A stretch of DNA of 64,000 nt from Gammaproteobacteria bacterium (GCA_965238175.1 CBDEGZ010000003.1:2080001-2144000), one strand, 5' to 3'; shown: positions 29,213 to 37,911, counted from the first letter of the stretch. Numbers and translations are program-made. The notes: generated by a model from the sequence alone, not told the origin.

Positions 29213-29607
29213 ACACTAAACCAAAAACCATCGCGCAGCATATTAAATATTTTTTAATATTTCTTGTCGCCGCATTTCTGATCATTATGTCGGTGATTGT
29301 TATCGCTGATGACGGCTGGCTAGCTGGCGGCAACAAACTCGAAAACTGCCTAGACTTCGCTGACGCCGCCGCCGGCATTACATTACTAAATTCACAACAG
29401 AAAACACAACTTCACAGCAAGCTTGATCAACTTAATGACTATCGCGCTGGAATGTTACGCGACGCGCTAACCTTTGTTGTTTCAGAAAAAATCACCAATC
29501 CATTTACCGCAGAAAATATCGCTCTTAGCCGTTGCAGTGGCCATAAGAAATATGGCCCTACGTTATGGCAATGGAATACCGATGTTGGCTGGACGGGACC
29601 ATATTAA
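29194..29607 (+). CDS. Phage hypothetical exported/membrane protein
   Basis: N-terminal hydrophobic segment; same operon. Confidence 0.5.
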   Translation: MRDGRVNTKPKTIAQHIKYFLIFLVAAFLIIMSVIVIADDGWLAGGNKLENCLDFADAAAGITLLNSQQKTQLHSKLDQLNDYRAGMLRDALTFVVSEKITNPFTAENIALSRCSGHKKYGPTLWQWNTDVGWTGPY

Positions 29608-29624
29608 ATTTAGGGAGTCGACTG

Positions 29625-29846
29625 ATGACAACAGAAATAATGCGCGTGCTTGGAAGGATTGAAGGGAAAGTTGATTGTATGAGTTCTCAAATAGATCACT
29701 TGCGAGACGGTGCTGTAGATCATGGAAAAAGAATTAATAAGTTGGAAGTGTCTGGTGCAAAAAATGCCGTCGTCGCAGGTGGTGTCGCCAGTGTCGGTGT
29801 TGCGCTGATCATTGCCACCGTAAAGTCAAAAATAGGGATGTCATGA
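29625..29846 (+). CDS. Phage coiled-coil protein with C-terminal TM helix
   Basis: LGRIEGKVD coiled coil; sits before the small terminase; SD AGGGAG. Confidence 0.6.
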   Translation: MTTEIMRVLGRIEGKVDCMSSQIDHLRDGAVDHGKRINKLEVSGAKNAVVAGGVASVGVALIIATVKSKIGMS

Positions 29847-29850
29847 TCGG

Positions 29851-30348
29851 ATGCATGATCAAGCAATCAGAGACAAAGTTCGCAAAGCCTACGTTCATGA
29901 CCGTTTGGATTTAAAGGCGGCCTCTAAGCTTGCTGATGTCGGCTACCCAACGGGTTTGCGGTGGAAAAAATCGGCAGCAGAAAACGGAGACGACTGGGAT
30001 AAAGCCAGAGCTGCCAGCCGGATAGCTGCAGGTGGCGTTGGTGACATGACCACCCAAGTCCTCGAAGATTTCGCCATCATGTTTCAAGCCACGATAAAAC
30101 GGCTTAAAGACACTGAGAATATCAACCCGTTAGATGCTGCTAGTGCCATCGCGCAATTAAGTGATTCATACACCAAAGTGATGAAGGCCGCCGGTGGTTC
30201 TGATCGCAAATTAAACAAGCTGGCTGTCGCAATGGAAGTACTTAAATTGCTGTCAGAATTTACACGCGAAAATTACCCTGAAAACGTCGAATCATTTCTC
30301 GTTATGTTGGAACCTTTTGGTAATTATTTGAGTGCTGAACTTAAATGA
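29851..30348 (+). CDS. DUF1804 family protein (putative small terminase)
   Basis: VRKAYV, RWKK...GDDWDKARAA, LAVAMEVL, LEPFG; precedes the large terminase. Confidence 0.8.
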   Translation: MHDQAIRDKVRKAYVHDRLDLKAASKLADVGYPTGLRWKKSAAENGDDWDKARAASRIAAGGVGDMTTQVLEDFAIMFQATIKRLKDTENINPLDAASAIAQLSDSYTKVMKAAGGSDRKLNKLAVAMEVLKLLSEFTRENYPENVESFLVMLEPFGNYLSAELK

Positions 30349-31952
30349 ATTATTCCGGCTCCGCATTTGAAAAAGAGCTTGCTGCTTTTGCTGAAGAACA
30401 GCGCCGACTTATTGAAGCTGAAGTCAGTGGTTTTTCGACTAATGTTGTTGATGGTAAAAAAAGACACGATAAAGCAACGAATGATTTTGAGTATTTTTGC
30501 CGCACCTATTTTCCGCATTATGTGAAGTCTGAAAAATCCGTTTTTCATCATTATGTTTATGAGGAAGCACCGAGACTTATTGATGCTGACAAGGGCTGTA
30601 AAGAAGCTGTTGACGCACCACGTGGTGAAGCAAAGTCGACGCTGTTTACACAGCTATTAAACTTGTGGGTCATTAACACTGAACGCAAGTATTATCCCGT
30701 CATCATCATGGATAGTTTTGACCAATCCTCAATGATGTTGGAGGCGATCAAGGCCGAGCTGGAACACAATCCAAGATTACGGCAGGACTTTCCTGAAGCG
30801 TGTGGTGCTGGGAGAGTTTGGCGTGCTGATGTGATTGTCACGGCCAATAATATAAAGGTTCAGGTGGCTGGCGTTGCGAAGAAAATTCGTGGCTGGCGAC
30901 ATGGTCCATATCGTCCTGATATGTTGACGTTGGATGATATCGAAAATGATGAAAACGTTCGATCGAAAACACAACGCGACAAGATTGAAAGCTGGTTAAA
31001 TAAGGCCGCTTTAAAGCTTGGTCCACCGGATGGATCAATGGATGTTTTTTACGTCGGCACCATCTTGCATTATGACTCGGTTTTAAATCGCACCAAGAAA
31101 AAACCTACCTGGCGATCGCATCATTTCCAAGCCATTATCGAATGGCCAGACAGAATGGATCTGTGGGATAAATGGGAAGAAATTCTCATTAATGACAGTG
31201 AAGAAGCAGCCGATCTTTTCTATAAAAAACGACGTAAAAAAATGGATGCCGGAGCGGTGGTTTCTTGGCCAGGTGTTCGTCCGATAGAACTACTAATGAA
31301 GATACGTGCGGATGATCATCATTCCTTTTCTTCAGAGTATCAGAATGATCCGTCCAATGATGAAAATGCACCGTTTAAAGAGATCCAATTCTGGGTGCAT
31401 AAGCAGCGATTCTGGATTTATTACGGCGCATGTGATCCGAGTCTTGGACGTCAAAATAAAGCGCGTGATCCGTCGGCAATATTGATCGGCGGTTTAGATA
31501 AAGAAACGGGAATTATGGATGTGGTAGAAGCACGAATAAGACGCCGCGTTCCCGACCTGATCATTTCTGACATTATCTCAATGCAGGAAGAATATAACTG
31601 TCTTTTATGGGGCATTGAAACCGTCGCGTTTCAAGAGTTTTTATACACTGAATTAGTAAAGCGCGGTCGTGAAATGGGCGTTCCAATTCCGGCGCGTGGC
31701 ATAAAACAACACACCGACAAAGCGATGCGGATCGAGTCTATGCAGCCGCATATTGCTCACGGCACAATCCGTTTGCACCGCTCACAAACAACGTTATTTG
31801 AACAGCTTCGGCATTACCCGGAAGCCGATCATGATGATGGCCCTGATGCGCTTGAAATGCTCTGGGGAATTGCTAATTCAGGCATGGGTGGATTACCCAC
31901 AGTAACTGGTTCAACCAGACGACAAAAAACCGCATACGCAGGATATGACTAA
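30345..31952 (+). CDS. Terminase large subunit (Mu gp28-like)
   Basis: Walker A-like APRGEAKST, LDDIEND, nuclease CDPSLG, HDDGPDALE. Confidence 0.93.
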   Translation: MNYSGSAFEKELAAFAEEQRRLIEAEVSGFSTNVVDGKKRHDKATNDFEYFCRTYFPHYVKSEKSVFHHYVYEEAPRLIDADKGCKEAVDAPRGEAKSTLFTQLLNLWVINTERKYYPVIIMDSFDQSSMMLEAIKAELEHNPRLRQDFPEACGAGRVWRADVIVTANNIKVQVAGVAKKIRGWRHGPYRPDMLTLDDIENDENVRSKTQRDKIESWLNKAALKLGPPDGSMDVFYVGTILHYDSVLNRTKKKPTWRSHHFQAIIEWPDRMDLWDKWEEILINDSEEAADLFYKKRRKKMDAGAVVSWPGVRPIELLMKIRADDHHSFSSEYQNDPSNDENAPFKEIQFWVHKQRFWIYYGACDPSLGRQNKARDPSAILIGGLDKETGIMDVVEARIRRRVPDLIISDIISMQEEYNCLLWGIETVAFQEFLYTELVKRGREMGVPIPARGIKQHTDKAMRIESMQPHIAHGTIRLHRSQTTLFEQLRHYPEADHDDGPDALEMLWGIANSGMGGLPTVTGSTRRQKTAYAGYD

Positions 31953-33520
31953 TGGTAGATATTAACCCTAAAAGATTAACAGGAAAACGTGGTCTCGGAC
32001 AAGAAATCGCGACACGTTCAACCGATCCAAATTTCTATGCGGCGTTAGAGTTTTTACCGAACCCAGATCCCATCCTTAGACGCATGGGCAAATCGCAAGA
32101 AGCCTATGACATGATCACATCGGATTCACACGTGATGGGCGACCTACGATCTGTTCGATCTGCCTTGCTCGGATTTGAATGGCGTGTCGTCGCTGGCGGT
32201 GATGACACCGCCTCAATGCGCGCACATGAATTATGCGAAAAAACAATGGCCGGTCGACCTGCCGTAAATATGCAGTGGTCTGACATTATCTGGTCAATTG
32301 CTGATGCGACTTTTCGGGGCTACTCAATTCATGAGCTGGTGTGGAAGAAATCTGGCAATGAATTAATGCCCGAAAAAGTCATCGACAGACCACAAAAAAG
32401 GTTCGTTTTCAGCATCGAAAATGAGCTACGGTTATTGACCAAAAACAACATGACCAGTGGCGAAGAATTGGTTGATAAAAAATGGCTGATCACACGCCAC
32501 ATGGCCAGCTATAACAACCCTTATGGAACTGCTGTTTTTTCATCCTGTATCTGGCCACATTTATTTAAGCGATCAGGCTTTAAATACTTTGCTAAATTCT
32601 GCGAAAAATACGGTATTCCAAAGGCTATTGGTAAGGTGCCAAAAGGTACACCGAAAGATGAGCGCGACGAGTTCGCAGACGCCTTAGCGCAAATGGTCGA
32701 AGATGGTGTCGCCGTCATTGATGATGACGGTTCTGTAGAGATGTTGGAACACGGTGTAACGGGTTCGCCAATACAGGAAAGATTGATTGATTTATGCAAT
32801 CGTGAAATGTCAAAAGCGCTCACTAGCCAGACCTTAACATCGGAAATAAAAGATCAAGGATCACGCGCTGCAGCTGAGACTCATCGAGAGCGTGAAACCA
32901 CCGTTAATCAGTCTGATCGGGACATGGTCGCCGACACCATAAATCAGCTTTTCAAATGGATTACAGAAATCAATGTTGCGGGTGCAATACCGCCAAAAAT
33001 TGAGTTCTACGAAGAAGCTCAGCCACGCAAAGAAATGGCGGAATATATCAACGAAGCATTGAAGTCGGTATCACTTAAAAAGTCCGAAGTTTATGAGCGT
33101 TTAGGAATGTCTCCACCGGAAGATGATGACGATATTATTCCGGCTACAAGCTCTAGTTATAACCCGTTTGAACCTGACGATAATCGACGTATAAAACCAT
33201 CACTTAAAGAACAGGAATTCATGCAAAACAATTGCCCAAGTTGTGGTGAAACTCACTTTAAAAAAGGCGACCAGGAATCAGATGACAACGACATGGTTTC
33301 TGACGTAATTGATCAAGCAATAGAGCTGGATGAAGGCATCGATCAGCTATCAGATGAAATTGATAAATTAGTCCAGAAAGCCGAGAAAGAAGGCTTGACC
33401 GTTGAAGAATTTCAGAAGCAATTAAAAAAGTTCAAACCGATACCAGATACGCTGACAAACAACTTGTTTGCCGCAACGCTGGTGACGTATTTACAGGGGA
33501 TTAGTGAGGTAGATCAATGA
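31952..33520 (+). CDS. Portal protein (Mu gp29 / DUF935)
   Basis: NPYG, FCEKYGIP, CNREMSKALTSQTLT, GSRAAAETH. Confidence 0.92.
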   Translation: MVDINPKRLTGKRGLGQEIATRSTDPNFYAALEFLPNPDPILRRMGKSQEAYDMITSDSHVMGDLRSVRSALLGFEWRVVAGGDDTASMRAHELCEKTMAGRPAVNMQWSDIIWSIADATFRGYSIHELVWKKSGNELMPEKVIDRPQKRFVFSIENELRLLTKNNMTSGEELVDKKWLITRHMASYNNPYGTAVFSSCIWPHLFKRSGFKYFAKFCEKYGIPKAIGKVPKGTPKDERDEFADALAQMVEDGVAVIDDDGSVEMLEHGVTGSPIQERLIDLCNREMSKALTSQTLTSEIKDQGSRAAAETHRERETTVNQSDRDMVADTINQLFKWITEINVAGAIPPKIEFYEEAQPRKEMAEYINEALKSVSLKKSEVYERLGMSPPEDDDDIIPATSSSYNPFEPDDNRRIKPSLKEQEFMQNNCPSCGETHFKKGDQESDDNDMVSDVIDQAIELDEGIDQLSDEIDKLVQKAEKEGLTVEEFQKQLKKFKPIPDTLTNNLFAATLVTYLQGISEVDQ

Positions 33521-33729
33521 ACTGGAAAAAGTGCACGTCAAACTCTTTAATTTCCGATACAGGATTGAAAATTTCCAGAGCTATGATCGGCGATAAATGG
33601 AAATATACATTGTGGGTTCCCATTAAGAAAAAAGAAGGTGTGACTAACCCTTATGACGATAATCCCATGAGGCCAGCTGGTCAATTTGGTGATTTAGAAA
33701 CAGCTAAGATGATGGCTGAGAATGAATAG
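33517..33729 (+). CDS. Small inserted phage ORF 1
   Basis: 70 aa; SD GAGGT; flanked by repeats shared with the next ORF. Confidence 0.65.
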   Translation: MNWKKCTSNSLISDTGLKISRAMIGDKWKYTLWVPIKKKEGVTNPYDDNPMRPAGQFGDLETAKMMAENE

Positions 33730-33755
33730 AGATGGGCGACTAGTGAGGTGGATCA

Positions 33756-33911
33756 ATGAATATTTTAGATATACGAATCATTTTATATGAAATCGGGCAG
33801 AGGCTTCTTAAAGCAGGAAATTCGCCAGATGATATACGGACTTTCCTTCAAGATGAAGCAGAGAGGGTAGCACAAGAAATTGAAGATCAAATGGCTTTTG
33901 AGAATGAATAG
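33756..33911 (+). CDS. Small inserted phage ORF 2 (51 aa)
   Basis: MNILDIRIILYEIGQRLLKAGNSPDDIRTFLQDEAERVAQEIEDQMAFENE; SD GAGGT; below the ORF-track cutoff. Confidence 0.65.
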   Translation: MNILDIRIILYEIGQRLLKAGNSPDDIRTFLQDEAERVAQEIEDQMAFENE

Positions 33912-34047
33912 AGATGAGCGACTGACAGATGCTTGAACATCCGCCAGACGCCGGCAAAACGGTGTGTACACCGCAAGCCGGCCGAGGACTCATCTACTGC
34001 TACGCAGCGGTAGGGAGTCTACCAGAAATTTTAATAAGGAGGCTCAA

Positions 34048-34818
34048 GTGAACAAACCAATAATACCGTGGATGGGCGGGAAAAGACGTCTGGCCAAACA
34101 AATAATTGATCTGATTCCAGATGACCATACTTGCTATGTTGAGCCGTTTTCAGGTGGTGCAGCTGTGCTATTTATGAAGCAGCCTTCAAAAGTAGAAGTG
34201 CTTAATGATATCGATGGCGAATTGGTGAATTTATATCGCGTTGTAAAACATCATTTGGAAGAATTTATCAAAGAATTCAAACACTCTTTAGTTAGTCGCA
34301 GAATGTTTGATTGGGAGAAGCTGAAGACACCAGAAACGCTGACTGATATCCAACGCGCAGCACGTTTTTTTTATCTACAAAAACAGTGCTTCGGTGGTAA
34401 AAGAATAAATCAGAGCTTTGGTATATCTGCGACAAACAAACCAGGTTTAAATTTACTTCGCATTGAGGAAGATCTAAGCGATGCTCATTTACGATTATCA
34501 CAAGTTTTTATTGAAAATTTGGCATGGGATAAATGTATAGAAAGATATGATCGTCGGAAGACGGTTTTCTTTTGTGATCCACCCTATTTAGATACGACAG
34601 GGTATGGCGTTGAATTTTCAATTGAACAATATAATCTGCTTGCAACTATGGCTCGAAATATTAAAGGGCGGATGATAATTACATTGAACGATCACCCAAC
34701 GATTAGAGAGATATTTCACGATTTTGACATGATTGAAACCAGTCTGAGATACACGGTTGGTGGCGTTAAAAAGAATCAGGATAAACGACGTGAATTGATT
34801 TTGAGATATGGGATCTGA
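34048..34818 (+). CDS. D12-class N6-adenine DNA methyltransferase
   Basis: PWMGGKRRLA, YVEPFSGG, EVLND, CDPPY; GTG start after AAGGAGG. Confidence 0.93.
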   Translation: MNKPIIPWMGGKRRLAKQIIDLIPDDHTCYVEPFSGGAAVLFMKQPSKVEVLNDIDGELVNLYRVVKHHLEEFIKEFKHSLVSRRMFDWEKLKTPETLTDIQRAARFFYLQKQCFGGKRINQSFGISATNKPGLNLLRIEEDLSDAHLRLSQVFIENLAWDKCIERYDRRKTVFFCDPPYLDTTGYGVEFSIEQYNLLATMARNIKGRMIITLNDHPTIREIFHDFDMIETSLRYTVGGVKKNQDKRRELILRYGI

Positions 34819-35011
34819 CGATAAAAACACTCGATATGCTAGAGACTATCAGTGCAGTGATTGCCCTGAACAGGCGGAGGTTTTCTGGCCAATTGTCGAT
34901 CCTGATATTGAGTCATTTCCGTTTTGCCGCGAGTGTGTAGAAACACAAAAAGCAGTATATTTTATCTTCATCTCAGAAGTTGAACACTGTATGGGATCAG
35001 ACAATGAATGA
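34808..35011 (+). CDS. Small putative Zn-binding phage ORF 3
   Basis: CSDC...CREC; begins MGSDD and ends MGSDNE (direct repeat). Confidence 0.55.
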   Translation: MGSDDKNTRYARDYQCSDCPEQAEVFWPIVDPDIESFPFCRECVETQKAVYFIFISEVEHCMGSDNE

Positions 35012-35690
35012 AGTTGAAGTCACACTAAACGGCACACCTTTTGCGGAAGCGATCCAGTTTTTGAAGGACAAAATTAATCTACCTTCACGACGCTGGGATG
35101 AGCTGTTAGGCCAGATTCACGCTAAAGTGTTCACCGTTGCCGGTGCAATTTCTGATGACCTATTAAACGACCTTCGTAATGATGTGAATGAGTCGATAAA
35201 AAATGGTGAATCAATATCAAAATTCAGAAAACGCTTTGATGAGACCAAGCAAAAACACGGCTGGAATCATCGTGGTAAAAGAGGCTGGAGAACGCGTATT
35301 ATTTATGATGCTAATATGCGATCAGCACACATGGCTGGCCGTTGGCAACAGATCCAGAATACAAAGGACTCGAGACCTTATATAAAGTATGAAACTGTCG
35401 GTGATAATCGCGTCAGGCCCGAACACCAGGTATGGGATGACACTGTATTATCTATTGACGACAGCTGGTGGAATACACACTACCCACCGAATGGCTTTGG
35501 ATGCCGATGCACCGTGCGTACTCTTAATGATAGGCAACTGGAAAGGGAAGGGCTGCAGGTATCAACCGCACCAGCGATTAAGTTGGAAGAACGGATTAAC
35601 AGTGAAACAGGCGAAGTCTACGGCCAAGTGCCAGAAGGCATCGATACAGGTTGGGATTACAACGTCGGAAAAGAATGGTTGAATTTATAG
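35004..35690 (+). CDS. Mu gpF (gp30) minor head protein
   Basis: FTVAG, VGDNRVRPEH, WWNTHYPPNGFGCRC, GIDTGWDYNVG. Confidence 0.92.
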   Translation: MNEVEVTLNGTPFAEAIQFLKDKINLPSRRWDELLGQIHAKVFTVAGAISDDLLNDLRNDVNESIKNGESISKFRKRFDETKQKHGWNHRGKRGWRTRIIYDANMRSAHMAGRWQQIQNTKDSRPYIKYETVGDNRVRPEHQVWDDTVLSIDDSWWNTHYPPNGFGCRCTVRTLNDRQLEREGLQVSTAPAIKLEERINSETGEVYGQVPEGIDTGWDYNVGKEWLNL

Positions 35691-35783
35691 TGCCGTCAAA
35701 ACACTGATAAACAGCCATATAATGGCCGTTAAAACAGTGCTTGAGGGCTATTATACTCGCGTTAAATGACCACTTAACGGCAC

Positions 35784-35820
35784 TTATTCGCGTAATAAAC
35801 GCCATTTATTACGCGAATAA
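35784..35820. repeat. 16-bp perfect inverted repeat near the Mu-like end
   Basis: TTATTCGCGTAATAAA-cgcca-TTTATTACGCGAATAA. Confidence 0.75.
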
Positions 35821-35874
35821 TATATAATTAATTTCACTTTCTGCTTATTTATTCGCGATAAAGTAAACAATTTG

Positions 35875-35991
35875 TCTCAAAATGATTTTAATTAACGATT
35901 TTACGCAAATAGCCCACAAACCGCGCCGTTAAGCCATTTTTCGCTTTTTTTGGTTTCTTTCTCTACATCTCATTATGATCCTAACCCTACA
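35875..35991 (-). repeat. Mu-like end with two spaced putative transposase-binding sites
   Basis: TCTCAAAATGA 35875-35885 and TCTCATTATGA 35968-35978; terminal CTACA ends at 35991. Confidence 0.8.
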
Positions 35992-36003
35992 TATTCATTA
36001 ATA

Positions 36004-36031
36004 ATTTAACATAATATACATTATGCGAACT
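36004..36031 (-). other. dif: dif site (XerCD); left attachment junction of the filamentous prophage
   Basis: Reverse complement AGTTCGCATAA-TGTATA-TTATGTTAAAT matches gammaproteobacterial dif. KOPS-like GGGNAGGG at 8139(+), 35545(+) and 42301(-) all point toward it. Confidence 0.95.
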
Positions 36032-36128
36032 TTGCGAAAAGAAAAAAGGTTAAAAAAAGATACATGGTATTAAGTATTTACAGATTAGCCACGATAAAAA
36101 GAATAATATTAAGGGAAATTTATTATTT

Positions 36129-36404
36129 ATGTGCAAATGCAAAACATGTAACGCCTTAAAAAATGAATCTTTACATGTTGAAAATGAATATCTTGTTTTT
36201 AACAATCAAATAAAAGTAGAAATAAGTGAATTAAGGTTGCTGAGGTGGAAATCTGCATTTTATGATAGAGGCTTAAAACCTAGTTCAGCATCTGCTTTTT
36301 ATCATAGTCAAAATATTCAAGGAATGATGAAATATCCTGAAATGCTTACACCTGCAAATAAAGATAATATTTTAGAAAACCTACTCCTTAAATTGAAGGA
36401 TTAG
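36129..36404 (+). CDS. Inovirus accessory hypothetical protein
   Basis: 91-aa AT-rich ORF. Confidence 0.45.
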   Translation: MCKCKTCNALKNESLHVENEYLVFNNQIKVEISELRLLRWKSAFYDRGLKPSSASAFYHSQNIQGMMKYPEMLTPANKDNILENLLLKLKD

Positions 36405-36516
36405 CTCTACAGAATTCCACTATCGTGGAATCCCATCGCCATAAAGTTATGTGTCCTCGATTGCACTGTTTAGGTTGACAGTGTATAAAAAATGTCTTTT
36501 CTAATTCGAAGGTATC

Positions 36517-37110
36517 ATGGAAATAATTCTAGAAATTCTATCATCAGGTATAGAAATATTCATAAAAACAATGGGAATGGCTGTGAAATTCTTCATTGCA
36601 TTTCTATTTATAGCTATAAGTATATTTTTATACAAATATTATTTAATACTTAACAAACCAATACCTAAAAAAATATTAAAATCAATATTTAAAGGAAAAA
36701 AAGTTATTGAAGAAAAAGTCGATAAAAGAATAATTAAGCATAATAAAAATGAGTATTTAACCACAGAAAATGAAAGAAAATTCTTTTATGCATTAAAAAA
36801 AGCAATTGGAGAAGATTATCTAATCCATTGTCAAACATCCTTAATCGCAATTGTAGAACCAATAGAATATAAAGATAAATCTAGAGCTTGGTCAAAAAGA
36901 GTCGATTTCGTAATAACTGACAATAAAACAAAAATAATAGCTGTCATTGAGTTGGATGATTCATCTCACAACAAAGCTAATAGAATTAAACGTGACAAAT
37001 ACGTAAATAATGCATTAGAACCTCATCATCCATTAATAAGATTTAATACTGAAAAATTCTACAAGCCAGAAAAAATTGCAGAAATTCTTGCATTCCATAT
37101 AACAAAATAA
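36517..37110 (+). CDS. DUF2726 family protein with N-terminal TM helix
   Basis: LTTENERKFF, KRVDFVI, VIELDDSSH, RDKYVN. Confidence 0.85.
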   Translation: MEIILEILSSGIEIFIKTMGMAVKFFIAFLFIAISIFLYKYYLILNKPIPKKILKSIFKGKKVIEEKVDKRIIKHNKNEYLTTENERKFFYALKKAIGEDYLIHCQTSLIAIVEPIEYKDKSRAWSKRVDFVITDNKTKIIAVIELDDSSHNKANRIKRDKYVNNALEPHHPLIRFNTEKFYKPEKIAEILAFHITK

Positions 37111-37206
37111 AGAACCCTTTCATCTCGATAGTGATTGATAAGTTATTAATATAAGAAAAACCGGATTTATTACTATTTGTGTATTATTTTTAATTGATAA
37201 GTTAAG

Positions 37207-37242
37207 GCAACCCACGCGACAGCCTGTCGCTGAGTGGGTTGC
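37207..37242. terminator. GC-rich hairpin (terminator or packaging signal)
   Basis: GCAACCCAC-GCGACAG-C-CTGTCGC-TGA-GTGGGTTGC between convergent phage genes. Confidence 0.55.
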
Positions 37243-37388
37243 TAGCTTTTGTTTTGTTTATGTAAAAAATAAAAAATAATAACGTAGGCTATTGATGTGG
37301 TTATTGAAATTGTAAGTTGGTAGTAAAGAAAGGCATCTGATATCTCTGACAATGAATTTATATACTCATTAAGTTGTTCTTTTCCCAT
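37242..37388 (-). CDS. Small membrane protein (48 aa)
   Basis: MGKEQLNE...IAYVIIFYFLHKQNKS; TAATG coupling to the upstream ORF. Confidence 0.5.
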   Translation of the reverse strand: MGKEQLNEYINSLSEISDAFLYYQLTISITTSIAYVIIFYFLHKQNKS

Positions 37389-37537
37389 TATTTTTTACCT
37401 TCAGTTTTATTAAATAATGTTAATGCTAATACCAATAAAATTGTGTTCAGTGTAAAAAATAAACCTTGTATAAACATGAGCTGTTGGGCTAATGAGTTGT
37501 AGTGGTTACCTAATAATTCTATTAGTTGTTGTTCCAT
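37388..37537 (-). CDS. Small membrane protein (49 aa), possible minor coat
   Basis: MEQQLIELLG...ILLVLALTLFNKTEGKK; SD AGGA. Confidence 0.55.
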   Translation of the reverse strand: MEQQLIELLGNHYNSLAQQLMFIQGLFFTLNTILLVLALTLFNKTEGKK

Positions 37538-37568
37538 GTTTTTATTCCTATTTTTATATAAATCTGAT

Positions 37569-37637
37569 TTAAGTGACCATGATTATTACGGCGACTATTA
37601 GGACTATTAATACTACTGAGAATGGGTCTATTGGCAT
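37569..37637 (-). CDS. Tiny hydrophobic ORF (22 aa)
   Basis: MPIDPFSVVLIVLIVAVIIMVT; SD AGGA. Confidence 0.4.
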   Translation of the reverse strand: MPIDPFSVVLIVLIVAVIIMVT

Positions 37638-37707
37638 GATTGTTTCCTAACATTATTATTAGCTGTGATATTGATAGCGGATGCCCTCGAGTCCGCTAGG
37701 TTGTGAC

Positions 37708-37911
37708 TTATCCGAAGATAGCTGCTTTTGCCCATTTAAATACAATGGCGACGCTGGCAAGTCCAATCATTGCTGAACCGATGGCAGTTATTGAGGCGGT
37801 ACCATCTGTAGTGATTGCAGTTGTTGCGGCTGTTACATCAATTTCTGCAAATGCTGGTGATACTGAAAGTGTGCCCAATGCTGCCAGGCTATATTTTGTG
37901 AATTTATTCAT
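37708..37911 (-). CDS. Major coat protein (pVIII-like)
   Basis: Signal peptide ending PAFA, acidic N-terminus, TM helix and basic C-terminus (FKWAKAAIFG). Confidence 0.9.
   Translation of the reverse strand: MNKFTKYSLAALGTLSVSPAFAEIDVTAATTAITTDGTASITAIGSAMIGLASVAIVFKWAKAAIFG

Larger units (their letters stand above)
20966..35991. mobile_element. Internally deleted Mu-like transposable prophage
   Basis: Inverted ends TGTAG-N8-TCATWWTGAGA; 5-bp duplication TATTC at 20961-20965 and 35992-35996; carries gam, gemA, mor, terminase, portal, F and gp45-48 homologues. Confidence 0.93.

Noticed and set aside
33230-33260. CPSCG in the portal C-terminus as a fused Com zinc finger
   Set aside because: Only one Cys pair; Com needs two.
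33502-33923. CRISPR array
   Set aside because: Only two units, the intervening sequences are >130-bp ORFs, and there are no cas genes.
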